A stretch of 64,000 bases of DNA from an uncultured Bdellovibrionales bacterium. Its GTDB lineage: Bacteria > Bdellovibrionota_C > UBA2361 > SZUA-149 > DAOLCO01. The position numbers and the translations under genes are program-made. Where the stretch lies: positions 34,353-98,352 of the forward strand of contig CAZTBW010000004.1 in NCBI GenBank assembly GCA_964612555.1. Direction: 5' to 3'. Below are positions 46,365 through 55,924 of this stretch, piece after piece; positions within the stretch are counted from its first letter, which is position 1; every line of letters starts with the position of its first letter. The notes under the pieces were generated by a model. The model worked only from the letters and a program-made list of their open reading frames with translations. It ran no database searches and had not been told where the DNA came from.

Positions 46365-47651
46365 ATGCCCAGCGCCAGAATACCCTGTCCCAAGATACCC
46401 AGCCTAACCTCTTCTTCAGAAAGGAAAGAAAGATACCTTCAATTATATGATTTTCTTTTATCTTACAAGGACATTTGGAGTATTGAGGTAATTCATGAAC
46501 CTTCTATTACCCTGACAAAATATCCGGAGCAATGGGTAAAATTCATAGAAAAACTTTCAGATGAAGAGCTATTTAAACTAAGTACACCCCAAGGAGCTTG
46601 GGATGAAATCCCTGGAAACTTTTATTCGTTCCTGAATACAATAAAAAGACTGACCGATATTCCCCTGTTCGATAATGAAAAAAGCGCTCCCCCATTCCCC
46701 CTCCCTGCATATCAAAACCTTACTCCCAAAAAAAAGTATGAACTTGAAAGGATTTTCAACCATCTGCTTACCAACACCCACCTCCCCTACAAAAATTCAG
46801 TTATAGACTTCTGCGGGGGTGCCGGGTATATCGCCCGAACCCTGGCACATTACTGCAACACTCCATCAATCTCTCTTGATATTGACTGCGCGCTCCAAAA
46901 ACGGGGTAAAGAAAAACATAAAAGATTTGTTCCACCTGCCGCAAAGGATATTACCTTCATACCCCTTGATCTCTTGTCCGATTACACAACTATCAAGAAA
47001 GAACTTCCTCATCACTCACCCATTATTGGTGTTCACACCTGCGGGCACCTCTCAGATATACAATTATCCCTAAGTAGAGACCTTGAATCTCCCTGGACTT
47101 TCAACGTAGGGTGCTGTTATTTCAAAACAGACAACCACACATACCACACATCAACTCTGGCAAAGGCGCACCCCATACCATATACCGGCTACTCCTTGTT
47201 TCTTGCCGCAAGAGGACACGAGGTAAACCTGAGAGACTTCAAGTTTTCTCAAAGAGTAAAACGGTACCGCTATTTACTCCATCTTTTCTTACAGACAGAA
47301 TTTGGACTGCAATTTGAAGCCGTCGGCAGTGTCCCTGAATCCATGTATGAAAATGACTTTATATACTATGCAAAAGAAAGGTTACATTATCTTCTCTCAG
47401 AAGGAATCATCAGGGAAATGCCTGTTGATAAAACCATCTTGTCATTTCAAACCGACCAATCCATACAACACAAAGCACACTACATGAGAATGTGTAATTA
47501 TATCCGATCACAATTCAGCAGGGTCCTGGAACTTACTATCGCACTTGATCGCGCTATTTTTCTTGATGAAAACAACTTCAAGGTTACCATGGGAGAAATA
47601 TTCGATTCCCGCATTTCACCCAGAAACATAGGCTTATTTGGATCGAGATAA
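46365..47651 (+). CDS. SAM-dependent methyltransferase-like protein (428 aa)
   Basis: Motif I-like VIDFCGGAGYIARTLA. The remainder is unassigned. Confidence 0.5.
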   Translation: MPSARIPCPKIPSLTSSSERKERYLQLYDFLLSYKDIWSIEVIHEPSITLTKYPEQWVKFIEKLSDEELFKLSTPQGAWDEIPGNFYSFLNTIKRLTDIPLFDNEKSAPPFPLPAYQNLTPKKKYELERIFNHLLTNTHLPYKNSVIDFCGGAGYIARTLAHYCNTPSISLDIDCALQKRGKEKHKRFVPPAAKDITFIPLDLLSDYTTIKKELPHHSPIIGVHTCGHLSDIQLSLSRDLESPWTFNVGCCYFKTDNHTYHTSTLAKAHPIPYTGYSLFLAARGHEVNLRDFKFSQRVKRYRYLLHLFLQTEFGLQFEAVGSVPESMYENDFIYYAKERLHYLLSEGIIREMPVDKTILSFQTDQSIQHKAHYMRMCNYIRSQFSRVLELTIALDRAIFLDENNFKVTMGEIFDSRISPRNIGLFGSR

Positions 47652-48131
47652 GACGCTCTCAGGACTGACCTTCATCACACTGCCAACCACAACCCCCCCT
47701 GATTTTGCACGACCCCCGTTAAGCTCCAGTACATAGGTGCAAGGGTAGATGCTCTTTCTGGAAGTATGACTTAGAGGTGGCACATTGGGTATGATATGAA
47801 CGACTTTCCCCTCAGCATCAATAAAAATCATATCAAGAGAGATGTAAGTATTTTTCATCCAGAAAGAGCGTTCTGACATTCCCTCAAAGACAAACAGCAT
47901 GCCCTGATTTTGAGGCATAGACCTTCTACGCATCAAGCCACGTCTTGTCTCATCAGGTGTTTTTGCTACCTGAACATGAAATACTTCAGAAACGGTATCA
48001 TCAGAAGAAACAAACTGAAGCGTAGCGTCTTTTCGTAATTCATCACTGTGACATGCACTGCAAAAAGAAATCACCCAAAACAGAAACAAGATACTGCCCC
48101 TTGAAACAAATCTTCTATGCACCGGATACAT
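47634..48131 (-). CDS. DUF192-family secreted protein
   Basis: GMLFVFEGMSERSFWMKNTYISLDMIFIDAEGKV is the DUF192 core. Signal or lipoprotein-like N-terminus. The track start at 48140 is a TTG and the ATG is at 48131. Its 3' end overlaps the convergent gene by 18 nt. Confidence 0.7.
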   Translation of the reverse strand: MYPVHRRFVSRGSILFLFWVISFCSACHSDELRKDATLQFVSSDDTVSEVFHVQVAKTPDETRRGLMRRRSMPQNQGMLFVFEGMSERSFWMKNTYISLDMIFIDAEGKVVHIIPNVPPLSHTSRKSIYPCTYVLELNGGRAKSGGVVVGSVMKVSPESVLSRSK

Positions 48132-48140
48132 GACGATCAA

Positions 48141-49112
48141 TCAGGATGCTGCTTTAAGCTTTTCAAGAAGTTCCGGAACTATGGTAAAAAGATCACCAAC
48201 AATACCATAATCTGCCACTTCAAAGATGGGTGCTTCTTCATCCTTGTTAATTGCAACAATCACTTTAGAATCCTTCATCCCCGCAAGGTGCTGCACCGCC
48301 CCCGAAATTCCGATCGCAAAATACAGCTTGGGCGCAACTATCTTTCCGGTTTGTCCAACCTGCCAGTCATTAGGCACATACCCTGCATCAACCGCGGCAC
48401 GACTTGCCCCAAGAGCGGCACCCAAATAGTCTGCCAGTGGATACAATACCTTTTCAAAATTCTCAGTAGAACCAAGCGCTCTCCCTCCACTGACCACTAC
48501 ATCAGCATCACCCAATTCCGGGCGCTCACTCTCGACCGTATCAAAAGAAACAAACTCAGTATGGTTAACCGCAGGTACATCAACAGAAAGTTTCCTTACA
48601 GGAGCAGCACCTTGCCCTCCCACAGGAACATCAAATGCACTTTGTCGCACCGTAGCTACTTTCTTCTCAGAATCAAGTGTTACTTCAGCTATTATATTTC
48701 CGGCATACATGGGACGAACAAACACCGCCCCTTCCTGAAAACCGATAACATCACTCGCCTGAGCAGCATCAAGCGAAAATGCCACCTGAGGCATGAAATC
48801 TTTCCCCCTGGAGCTTGCCCCCGCAAGCACCAGATTTGCCTGAGTTTCTTCAGCTACTTTAAGAAGAACAGCAGAATATACCGGGGCAAGGTACTGAGAG
48901 AGTCCATCTGAAGAAACATAAAGTACTTCATCAAGACCATAGCCTGACACCTCCCCACTTAAAGACTCAACCTCTGAACCACCAAGAAGCACCCCGACGG
49001 CTTTAGCGTACCCATGACGGGACTTCGCTTCAAGGGCTGCACTGATAACCGACAAAGATGACTTGGTAACACTGTCTTTTGTTGATTCAATATAAACCAG
49101 AACTGTACTCAT
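48141..49112 (-). CDS. etfA: electron transfer flavoprotein subunit alpha
   Basis: [31 protein letters not shown] is the FAD-binding signature. Confidence 0.94.
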   Translation of the reverse strand: MSTVLVYIESTKDSVTKSSLSVISAALEAKSRHGYAKAVGVLLGGSEVESLSGEVSGYGLDEVLYVSSDGLSQYLAPVYSAVLLKVAEETQANLVLAGASSRGKDFMPQVAFSLDAAQASDVIGFQEGAVFVRPMYAGNIIAEVTLDSEKKVATVRQSAFDVPVGGQGAAPVRKLSVDVPAVNHTEFVSFDTVESERPELGDADVVVSGGRALGSTENFEKVLYPLADYLGAALGASRAAVDAGYVPNDWQVGQTGKIVAPKLYFAIGISGAVQHLAGMKDSKVIVAINKDEEAPIFEVADYGIVGDLFTIVPELLEKLKAAS

Positions 49113-49123
49113 AGAGTATTCCT

Positions 49124-49885
49124 TTATAATACCTTAGCTTCTTCTTTCAAGAGGGTAACCAGCTCATCAACTGATGAGACTTTTTTTCCTGCCGAACGTG
49201 CCGGAGGTAATTGAAGTTTCTTCACATGGACTCTTTTCGGTGGAAGTTCTCCAAGACTGTCGAGCGCAATTTCCTCAAGAGGTTTTTTCTTTGCAGCAAC
49301 GATATTAGGTAAAGACCTCAGACGTGGTTCATTAAGTCTGAGATCAGTACTGACTACCGCAGGAAGTTGCAAACGAAGGGTTTCCAGACCTCCATCAACT
49401 TCTCTTGTAACCTTGATATGAGTCGAGCCACTTTCTATCTCAATTTTGGAAGCAAAAGTTGCCTGTGACAAAGAAAGCTCCGCTGCTATCCTTTGTGCGG
49501 TTTGATTAGAGTCAGAATCAATAGCTTGCTTGCCCATGATTATCAGATCAAAGGTATCTTTTTTAAATAACTGAACGAGAATTTTAGCAACTTGTTCCGA
49601 GTCCAGCTCCTGATCAGTTACTACATGAATGGCACGATCTGCTCCAATAGCAAGAGCACTTCTAATCTGTTCAGTCGCGGCAGGAACCCCGATACACACG
49701 ATCACTACTTCAGAAAAATCTCCCTTTGCCTCTTTTATCCTTACTGCCTCTTCAACCGCAATCTCATCAAAGGTGTTAATGATCCACTTAAGGTTTGACT
49801 GGTCGATAGCGGTACTGTCACTGCCGGGTTTAACCTTGATCTGCCAGTCAGGAACTCTCTTGATCGGAACTAATATTTTTTTCAT
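49124..49885 (-). CDS. etfB: electron transfer flavoprotein subunit beta
   Basis: MKKILVPIKRVPD...LIIMGKQAIDSDSNQT matches EtfB. Adjacent to etfA. Confidence 0.94.
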   Translation of the reverse strand: MKKILVPIKRVPDWQIKVKPGSDSTAIDQSNLKWIINTFDEIAVEEAVRIKEAKGDFSEVVIVCIGVPAATEQIRSALAIGADRAIHVVTDQELDSEQVAKILVQLFKKDTFDLIIMGKQAIDSDSNQTAQRIAAELSLSQATFASKIEIESGSTHIKVTREVDGGLETLRLQLPAVVSTDLRLNEPRLRSLPNIVAAKKKPLEEIALDSLGELPPKRVHVKKLQLPPARSAGKKVSSVDELVTLLKEEAKVL

Positions 49886-50102
49886 GCGAAATCTCTTCTA
49901 AAAATCCCTCTAAAAGTATTATTTTAAGCACCATAATGCCTTTAACAATACTATATGGCTAAAAAATCAGTCCTGCAATAAATTATGACTTTAAATCACA
50001 CTAATGAGGATACTTTAATGATGCACTCTAATCCAAATAGTTACATAATCCAGACTTCAGAATAAAAAGAATGGTCAAATTGGCATATTATTACAATCAG
50101 AA

Positions 50103-51134
50103 ATGAAACTTTCCCAAAACTACTATTCTATCCTCGGCGTAGAGAGTGACGCCACTGAAAGAGAAATTCTGAATGCCTACAGAGCCAGAATCAGAGTACT
50201 TCATCCCGATGTCAATAAGAGTCTCAACGCGGAAAAAGATTTCATGGAACTGCATAAAGCCTATGAGACCTTAAGCAATCCGGAAAAAAGAGCAGAATAT
50301 GATTGCTCAATCGGGATTCTCGACAAAAATTCAGCCTTTAAAGAGTTCGCTGCCGCATCCGAATCTATCCGCAAGGAAATAACTCACGGCACCGAGGAAG
50401 AAGAGTCTGATGAAGAGTATTTTGACAACACTCCCATACATGAGACTCTAAGTAACAGGAGAAGGAGACAGACATCCGGAATCAGCACCATCTTTAATCT
50501 TTTCAAATCTAAAGACTCCTCACAGGAAGGAACCTCCCAGGATTTTTCTTCCGGAAGTTTTGCAGCAAAACCAAACAGAGTAAAAAAACTCAGTAAAGAT
50601 GAGCTCTTTGGTGAAAGGAAATATAATTTCAGCATTGATGCACTTGAGTCCATACTGGGCACAGAACGTCAATTGATTATCAAGGATGAGGGCAATAAAG
50701 AAAAAAAAATCATTGTTAAAATTCCAAAGGGAATAAAAAATAACAGCACTCTTCAAATCCCGGTTCAAACCACAATTGAAACCAAACCCAGAGTACATAT
50801 CTCAATCGTTGACCACCCCTATTTAAAACGGGACGAACTTGATCTTACTTTACTTGTGCCATTTCACAAAAAAGAAACACGTCAGGAGGAAACGGCACTC
50901 ATTTTTACTGCGAGCGCCGAAATAAAAATCACCATCCCCAAAGAAAGCCTGAAAGCACTAAGAATTAAAAATCACGGGCTAAAGGACGAAAAGAGCGGTC
51001 AACAGGGTGACTTCATGGTGTTACCTGTCCTTTCTGCTGAGTACGTGGACGAGGATGATTCCATAACTGAAAAAGAATTCAAATCAAGAAGATTACAGGC
51101 ATACACCCTGCTAAAACCCCTTCATCAGATTTAA
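50103..51134 (+). CDS. J-domain protein (CbpA/DnaJ-like, no zinc finger)
   Basis: NYYSILGVESDATEREILNAYRARIRVLHPDVN contains the HPD motif. An acidic/Ser linker is followed by a single DnaJ-C-like beta domain. Confidence 0.82.
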   Translation: MKLSQNYYSILGVESDATEREILNAYRARIRVLHPDVNKSLNAEKDFMELHKAYETLSNPEKRAEYDCSIGILDKNSAFKEFAAASESIRKEITHGTEEEESDEEYFDNTPIHETLSNRRRRQTSGISTIFNLFKSKDSSQEGTSQDFSSGSFAAKPNRVKKLSKDELFGERKYNFSIDALESILGTERQLIIKDEGNKEKKIIVKIPKGIKNNSTLQIPVQTTIETKPRVHISIVDHPYLKRDELDLTLLVPFHKKETRQEETALIFTASAEIKITIPKESLKALRIKNHGLKDEKSGQQGDFMVLPVLSAEYVDEDDSITEKEFKSRRLQAYTLLKPLHQI

Positions 51135-51208
51135 ACTGCGGCAGAACCCCCAGATCCAGAAACACAGTTCCAGAACCCCAGCCTGATACACAGTACACTG
51201 ATTACTAC

Positions 51209-52057
51209 CTATAAGGCAGGTGCATCCGGAGCGTATCTTCCAAGAAAATCAAGCACCGTTTGAGCTCTCACATTGGTGTATAAAGTAATGTCACCCGGAC
51301 GGCAGATTTGATCAGGTCTGACCCCGGGAGCACTTTGTGAAACAACTCCCGTAACAACTCTCGACCCTGAACGCCCAACCACAAGCGGACCTCCCGAATC
51401 ACCCTGACAAGGATGTGACTGATTACCCTCAAATCGCACAGTAATATGATTCTGATCAACTCCCGCAACTATGACATTTCCCGCCCTGGGTCGGGCATCC
51501 AGAGAACCCGGGGAGGTTTCACCAAAACCACCAACAGACGCCTCTTCACCCACCCGAGGACTTTCTGAAATCAAAATGGGCATAGGAGAAATCCCCATTG
51601 CCTCCGCGCTGAAAACGATCGCAATATCATCAAAACCAACAACCCCACCACCCACTACTTCGTCACGATAGGTAGAGGGAAACACATAACGGGAAGCAGA
51701 CACATTACCGGCAGTTGTCTGAATAGTGATACCAAGAATAGTACCCTCCACACAATGAGCTGCGGTAAGCACCTTGTCATTATCAATGATAGCACCTGAA
51801 CAGATACTGGTTCCGCGCAAGGAATTTATCAAAAGACGCACAAGGGGGCTGTTCTCAGAGGCAACCGTACAGACCTCACCATTTGCAATTTTTTCCCGGG
51901 CAAAATTAAATGCAGCACAGGCATTCTGCTGGGACACATTACCGGATGAAGAATCACCATCTTTATCACTGTCACTACTACAGGCAAAAACTGAAAAAAC
52001 CAGATAAAGTAATACAAGAACGCTTTTTAATCTCATATTCATTGGTGTCATATTCAT
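51209..52057 (-). CDS. secreted trypsin-family (S1) serine protease, probable lipoprotein
   Basis: LTAAHCVEG, DDIAIVF and CQGDSGGPLVV form the triad. Lipobox-like VFAC. Four in-frame ATGs lie within the first 8 codons, so the start is uncertain. Confidence 0.9.
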   Translation of the reverse strand: MNMTPMNMRLKSVLVLLYLVFSVFACSSDSDKDGDSSSGNVSQQNACAAFNFAREKIANGEVCTVASENSPLVRLLINSLRGTSICSGAIIDNDKVLTAAHCVEGTILGITIQTTAGNVSASRYVFPSTYRDEVVGGGVVGFDDIAIVFSAEAMGISPMPILISESPRVGEEASVGGFGETSPGSLDARPRAGNVIVAGVDQNHITVRFEGNQSHPCQGDSGGPLVVGRSGSRVVTGVVSQSAPGVRPDQICRPGDITLYTNVRAQTVLDFLGRYAPDAPAL

Positions 52058-52058
52058 T
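52033..52058. repeat. 11-nt direct repeat tcatattcatt x2, period 15, spanning the protease start codons
   Basis: Read directly. On the coding strand it gives ATGAATATGA twice (MNM-TP-MNM). Confidence 0.9.
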
Positions 52059-52145
52059 ACCGGTGCCCCAATATCTTTTTAAATTTACAGATAGGTTTTT
52101 ATTACAATTTGTAGATTAAAACAACGCAATTAAAGATACGCCGTA

Positions 52146-52871
52146 TTATTTTTTACCTACATATGCGTAAGCTATACCACCAAAAAAAGATCGGTAATTA
52201 ACATCTTTAAATCCTTTTTTTCTCATATGTTCACAAAAAACCCTCCCACAGGGGAACCTGAGAGATGTTTCAGGTAAATACGTATAGGCATCCTTATTAC
52301 CCGACACCAGTCCTCCGAGAAAAGGCATGATGTATTTTGAATAAAATGAGAAAAAAGGTCTAATCAAGGGAGACTCAGGAGTACCAAACTCGAGCACCAG
52401 AAGTGTGCCACCATCTTTAAGTACCTCTCTTATTTTCTCCAGGCAAAGTTCATAATCATCCACATTTCTTATTCCGAACCCTATGGTACATGCATCAAAT
52501 GTCCGTTCCTTAAACGGAAGACTGAGCGCATCTCCCTGTAGCACATAAAATGGTTCCTTCCCTTCCCCTCTATACTGCTCGCTATAGTCGGCTACTTTAC
52601 TTTTCTTGAGATTTGCAAGACGCAACATCGAATGAACAAAATCCAGCCCGATGATCACACTGTCCCTATGGAGTTTTCTCCTGAGCGCAACACAGAAATC
52701 ACCGGTTCCACAACAGATATCCAGCACATTTGCAGGATATTTTCCATGAAGTCCCGCAAACACCAGAGAAGCACGCCTCCACAGGCGATGCACTCCGAAA
52801 CTGAGCACATCATTTCCCCGATCATATGATCGGGAAATCGAGGCAAACATATCATGGACTGCTTTACTCAT
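52146..52871 (-). CDS. ubiE: demethylmenaquinone / ubiquinone C-methyltransferase UbiE/MenG
   Basis: FASISRSYDRGNDVLSFGVHRLWRR and VLDICCGTGDF are UbiE-family motifs. Confidence 0.85.
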   Translation of the reverse strand: MSKAVHDMFASISRSYDRGNDVLSFGVHRLWRRASLVFAGLHGKYPANVLDICCGTGDFCVALRRKLHRDSVIIGLDFVHSMLRLANLKKSKVADYSEQYRGEGKEPFYVLQGDALSLPFKERTFDACTIGFGIRNVDDYELCLEKIREVLKDGGTLLVLEFGTPESPLIRPFFSFYSKYIMPFLGGLVSGNKDAYTYLPETSLRFPCGRVFCEHMRKKGFKDVNYRSFFGGIAYAYVGKK

Positions 52872-52925
52872 TGAATCCTGTTATAAATTAAAAACGTATG
52901 TTATAGAGCCCAGTATTAGCATGAA

Positions 52926-53954
52926 ATGTCCCTAACTCAAATTATCAAAGATTTTCTCTTCATGGCTTTCAGAAGAATCCTCAAGAAAAAGAAGAACAAT
53001 AAAAAAGTCGACCCTCCCGACGCTTCACCGAAAAAACAGGTTCTCGTACCTGAAAAAAATGGCAGCCTCCTCGGCAGTAACAGTGAAATCAGGATTTCAA
53101 AATCAGGAAATATTATTCAAAGGCTGTATCGGGACAAGGCACATGGCATGGCAACAGTCGGGTTATGGTTTCCTCTCTTTGCCGGAGCATGGCTTGTTTC
53201 AGGAGTGGTCTTAAAAAATCTTTTACTCCTTTCTCTTTGCACAACCCCCTTAATCCTGATTCACCTCAGCGCCCACCTGAAAGAAATCAGGGAAGTTCCT
53301 TTCAGAAAAGAACTTGAAATACTTCTGGTAGTACTGGCAGTAGCAGTTCCCCTGTTTATTTTTAACAGATATGGAAATTTACTACTCCCAATTTCCAGTG
53401 GTCTGGCAAATCTGTTCTATCTCTACATAAAACATAGACCCCCTACTACCACCACCCAATCTATAACGCAGAGCCTCCTCTGTTTCATGTTCCCGGGCTT
53501 GCTTGCTGAGATTGGAGTACTTTCACAAATGCATACCATTGAAAATCCGGATATTAACAAAGCATACATAGGGTACAGCATCCTTGGCATTATACCAGGC
53601 AGTGTTCTTGCTGCCCGGGAATTACTGTTACAATATCCGATTTTTCAAAAAGCCCGCTGGACACTATCAGTACAGACAATGAATAAAAAAGGTGAGCCTG
53701 TCAGTCGTCCGGGAAGTTTTACCAGACTCGTAGTAATAACAATGATTCTTGGTCCTGCTTTTCCTGCACTGCAACTTCCCTTCAACCTCATTCCCGACAG
53801 CTTTCTACTTGCCTCCCTTGCCTTTATCTACCTTCCCAAAATCGCCCAGAAAATCCAGGATTCACCGGATAACCACCCATCCCAAGCCATTCATCTTGCA
53901 AATCTGGGGCTTGCTTTGGGAATCACAATGTTTATTGCAGCTCTACTCACCTAG
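52926..53954 (+). CDS. polytopic membrane protein of unknown function (342 aa)
   Basis: Basic N-terminus, then about 8 TM helices. I see no Asp-rich prenyltransferase motif. Confidence 0.4.
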   Translation: MSLTQIIKDFLFMAFRRILKKKKNNKKVDPPDASPKKQVLVPEKNGSLLGSNSEIRISKSGNIIQRLYRDKAHGMATVGLWFPLFAGAWLVSGVVLKNLLLLSLCTTPLILIHLSAHLKEIREVPFRKELEILLVVLAVAVPLFIFNRYGNLLLPISSGLANLFYLYIKHRPPTTTTQSITQSLLCFMFPGLLAEIGVLSQMHTIENPDINKAYIGYSILGIIPGSVLAARELLLQYPIFQKARWTLSVQTMNKKGEPVSRPGSFTRLVVITMILGPAFPALQLPFNLIPDSFLLASLAFIYLPKIAQKIQDSPDNHPSQAIHLANLGLALGITMFIAALLT

Positions 53955-55865
53955 TTCACTACTCTTTAGCTTGTAAAGACCTTCTACTTTTGTTGAAGAA
54001 AGCTGCCCCATTTTTAAAAACCCGGGGAGATCATTAAAGAACGTAGCATCATGAGGGTCTTTATACACATAGTCGGGACAAACATCAGGTTTTCTGCATG
54101 CAAGTAAAGATTTCAGATTACTATTCAGAGCCCTCCTTTCTGAATACTCTATCGCATGACTGTGCAGCCAGCCATCATACCCCACATACTGTCTTCTACC
54201 GGCGACAGTAACCACACTCTTGTGCAGGGGTGCACTTGCAATGATAGTATCAGGAGGAGTTTCATTTCTTATTTCTGAAACTTTTTTGAGTTCACTCTCA
54301 CTATAGATCACTGAGTAGTTTCCCTTAGACCAGATCATCAAAGTTTCAAACCCCGAAGGTGCAAGGCTTATCAAGAAACAGAAAAATAAGGGCAACGAAG
54401 AGTATCCAAAATGGCGCTGCAAAGAAATTAAAATGACAAAAAGCCCGATAAAAGCTTTAAGAGTATCCCACTCCCATACACTTAGTTGTAAAAAATTAAA
54501 GAGCAGAAAAAAAAGAACCAGCGGAATTGCAAAGACCACACCTGAAGCCCATAATATAAAAGGAATTATTACAATCCATATACCAAGATTCAAAACCCAC
54601 ATCATCAGATGCTTCATAAATGACACCTGAAACCACTCAGGGAGAAAAGAGTAAGACCAGCCCAGAGTAGAGCCTCTTAAGGTAGATGCCATCCAGACCG
54701 AGGGAAACTCTATCATACCCGATTTTGAGCCGTATAAAATTAAAACCGGAAGCGAGAAACACAGAACTGACAGAGAAAACACAAAAAAAGTTTTCTTATA
54801 TTGCAACTCACCATAATTTTTTAAGGCAAGCAGAAACAATACCGCTCCAAGATAAGCAATACCGACTCCAACAATATGAAAATGACACAATAATCCAACG
54901 GCAAGAGAAAAAGCGATTAACAGCAATAAAGAGTAAGTAATTTTCTGCTCTCTGCTATCTCCTGAAACAAGTTTTCCGGCTGCAAGCATTTCAAAAAAAA
55001 GACAAAGACTGGAAGCTGAAACAAGAAGACCCAACAAACTGCTCCTTTGAGTAACCCAGATCGTACTTAAAAAAACCGTAACAGGATACCCCCTGCCAAG
55101 ATAATTATGAGATAACTGCCCTTCAAGACCGGGAACAGAAACACCAATCTGAGATAAAAACACAGGCATACTTCCACCTGAAAAAAGCAGCACCCAGGGT
55201 AATATTCCATACACCCTTTTCCTGAAAAGAAAGAACACCCCCATCCATACAAGCACCCATTGAAATAAAAAAACAAAAGAAAGCGATTTCCAGTCCGGAG
55301 AAAAAGACCAGAGGAGTGCAGACCAGAAGTTAATTAAAAATGGATAGGAAAGCTCCTTCCCGGGGAATATATGATACTCCTGAAGCATTCCGTTTGAAAA
55401 AACCATATTGGCAATCATCCCAAGATGAAAAGGAAGATCACCATAATTATTCACCCATAGAGTCCTTATGCCTTTATCTGCATCAAAAATTGAGACTCCA
55501 AGTGCAAGGACAACAGTAAAAAAACTGACAAAAGAAAAGTCTATAGTACTCAGAAGTGATATTTTTTTCACTGCGGTGTGTTTCTTTATTTCCTTAAAAG
55601 ACAGGGATGTGAGTAAAATAAAAGAAAGAACAAATCCGCTAGAAAGTGTCAGACCGAAAAACACAAGTACCCAGGACAGTAAAAGATGAAGCAACAATCC
55701 AAGTGTCCAGAAAAAAACCTTATAAGTATCATTCACGCATGAAATATTATTATTTTTATCAGATGAAAAAAACTTAAACACACAGCGAAAGGAAACTTCC
55801 CCGTACACTCGATAAAACAGAGGGGGTAAAAATAAAAAAATTAAAAATACTATCAGGTTCAACAA
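53943..55865 (-). CDS. large polytopic membrane protein, GT-C/ArnT-like architecture (640 aa)
   Basis: About 14 TM helices followed by a soluble C-terminal domain. TTG start at 55865, position uncertain. The 3' end overlaps the convergent gene by 12 nt. Confidence 0.4.
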   Translation of the reverse strand: MLNLIVFLIFLFLPPLFYRVYGEVSFRCVFKFFSSDKNNNISCVNDTYKVFFWTLGLLLHLLLSWVLVFFGLTLSSGFVLSFILLTSLSFKEIKKHTAVKKISLLSTIDFSFVSFFTVVLALGVSIFDADKGIRTLWVNNYGDLPFHLGMIANMVFSNGMLQEYHIFPGKELSYPFLINFWSALLWSFSPDWKSLSFVFLFQWVLVWMGVFFLFRKRVYGILPWVLLFSGGSMPVFLSQIGVSVPGLEGQLSHNYLGRGYPVTVFLSTIWVTQRSSLLGLLVSASSLCLFFEMLAAGKLVSGDSREQKITYSLLLLIAFSLAVGLLCHFHIVGVGIAYLGAVLFLLALKNYGELQYKKTFFVFSLSVLCFSLPVLILYGSKSGMIEFPSVWMASTLRGSTLGWSYSFLPEWFQVSFMKHLMMWVLNLGIWIVIIPFILWASGVVFAIPLVLFFLLFNFLQLSVWEWDTLKAFIGLFVILISLQRHFGYSSLPLFFCFLISLAPSGFETLMIWSKGNYSVIYSESELKKVSEIRNETPPDTIIASAPLHKSVVTVAGRRQYVGYDGWLHSHAIEYSERRALNSNLKSLLACRKPDVCPDYVYKDPHDATFFNDLPGFLKMGQLSSTKVEGLYKLKSSELGE

Positions 55866-55924
55866 TAATTACCTAAGGAATATTAGCATTTGAATTATGT
55901 ACCGATGACGGATACAGTACTAGC

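Noticed and set aside
48117-48911. 264-aa plus-strand ORF, together with similar long ORFs at 3973-4461, 4753-5157, 17765-18256 and 38239-38718.
   Set aside because: They lie antisense to confidently identified genes (etfA, rpoA/rplQ, rplD/rplW and the 187-aa gene). Their compositions are biased and Arg/Ser/Leu- or low-complexity-rich, with no motifs. They are shadow ORFs.
51135-51208. cagaacccc repeated at 51142-51150 and 51171-51179 between convergent genes, considered as a possible repeat element or terminator.
   Set aside because: There are only two 9-nt copies, with no dyad symmetry or flanking structure. This is too little to support a feature.
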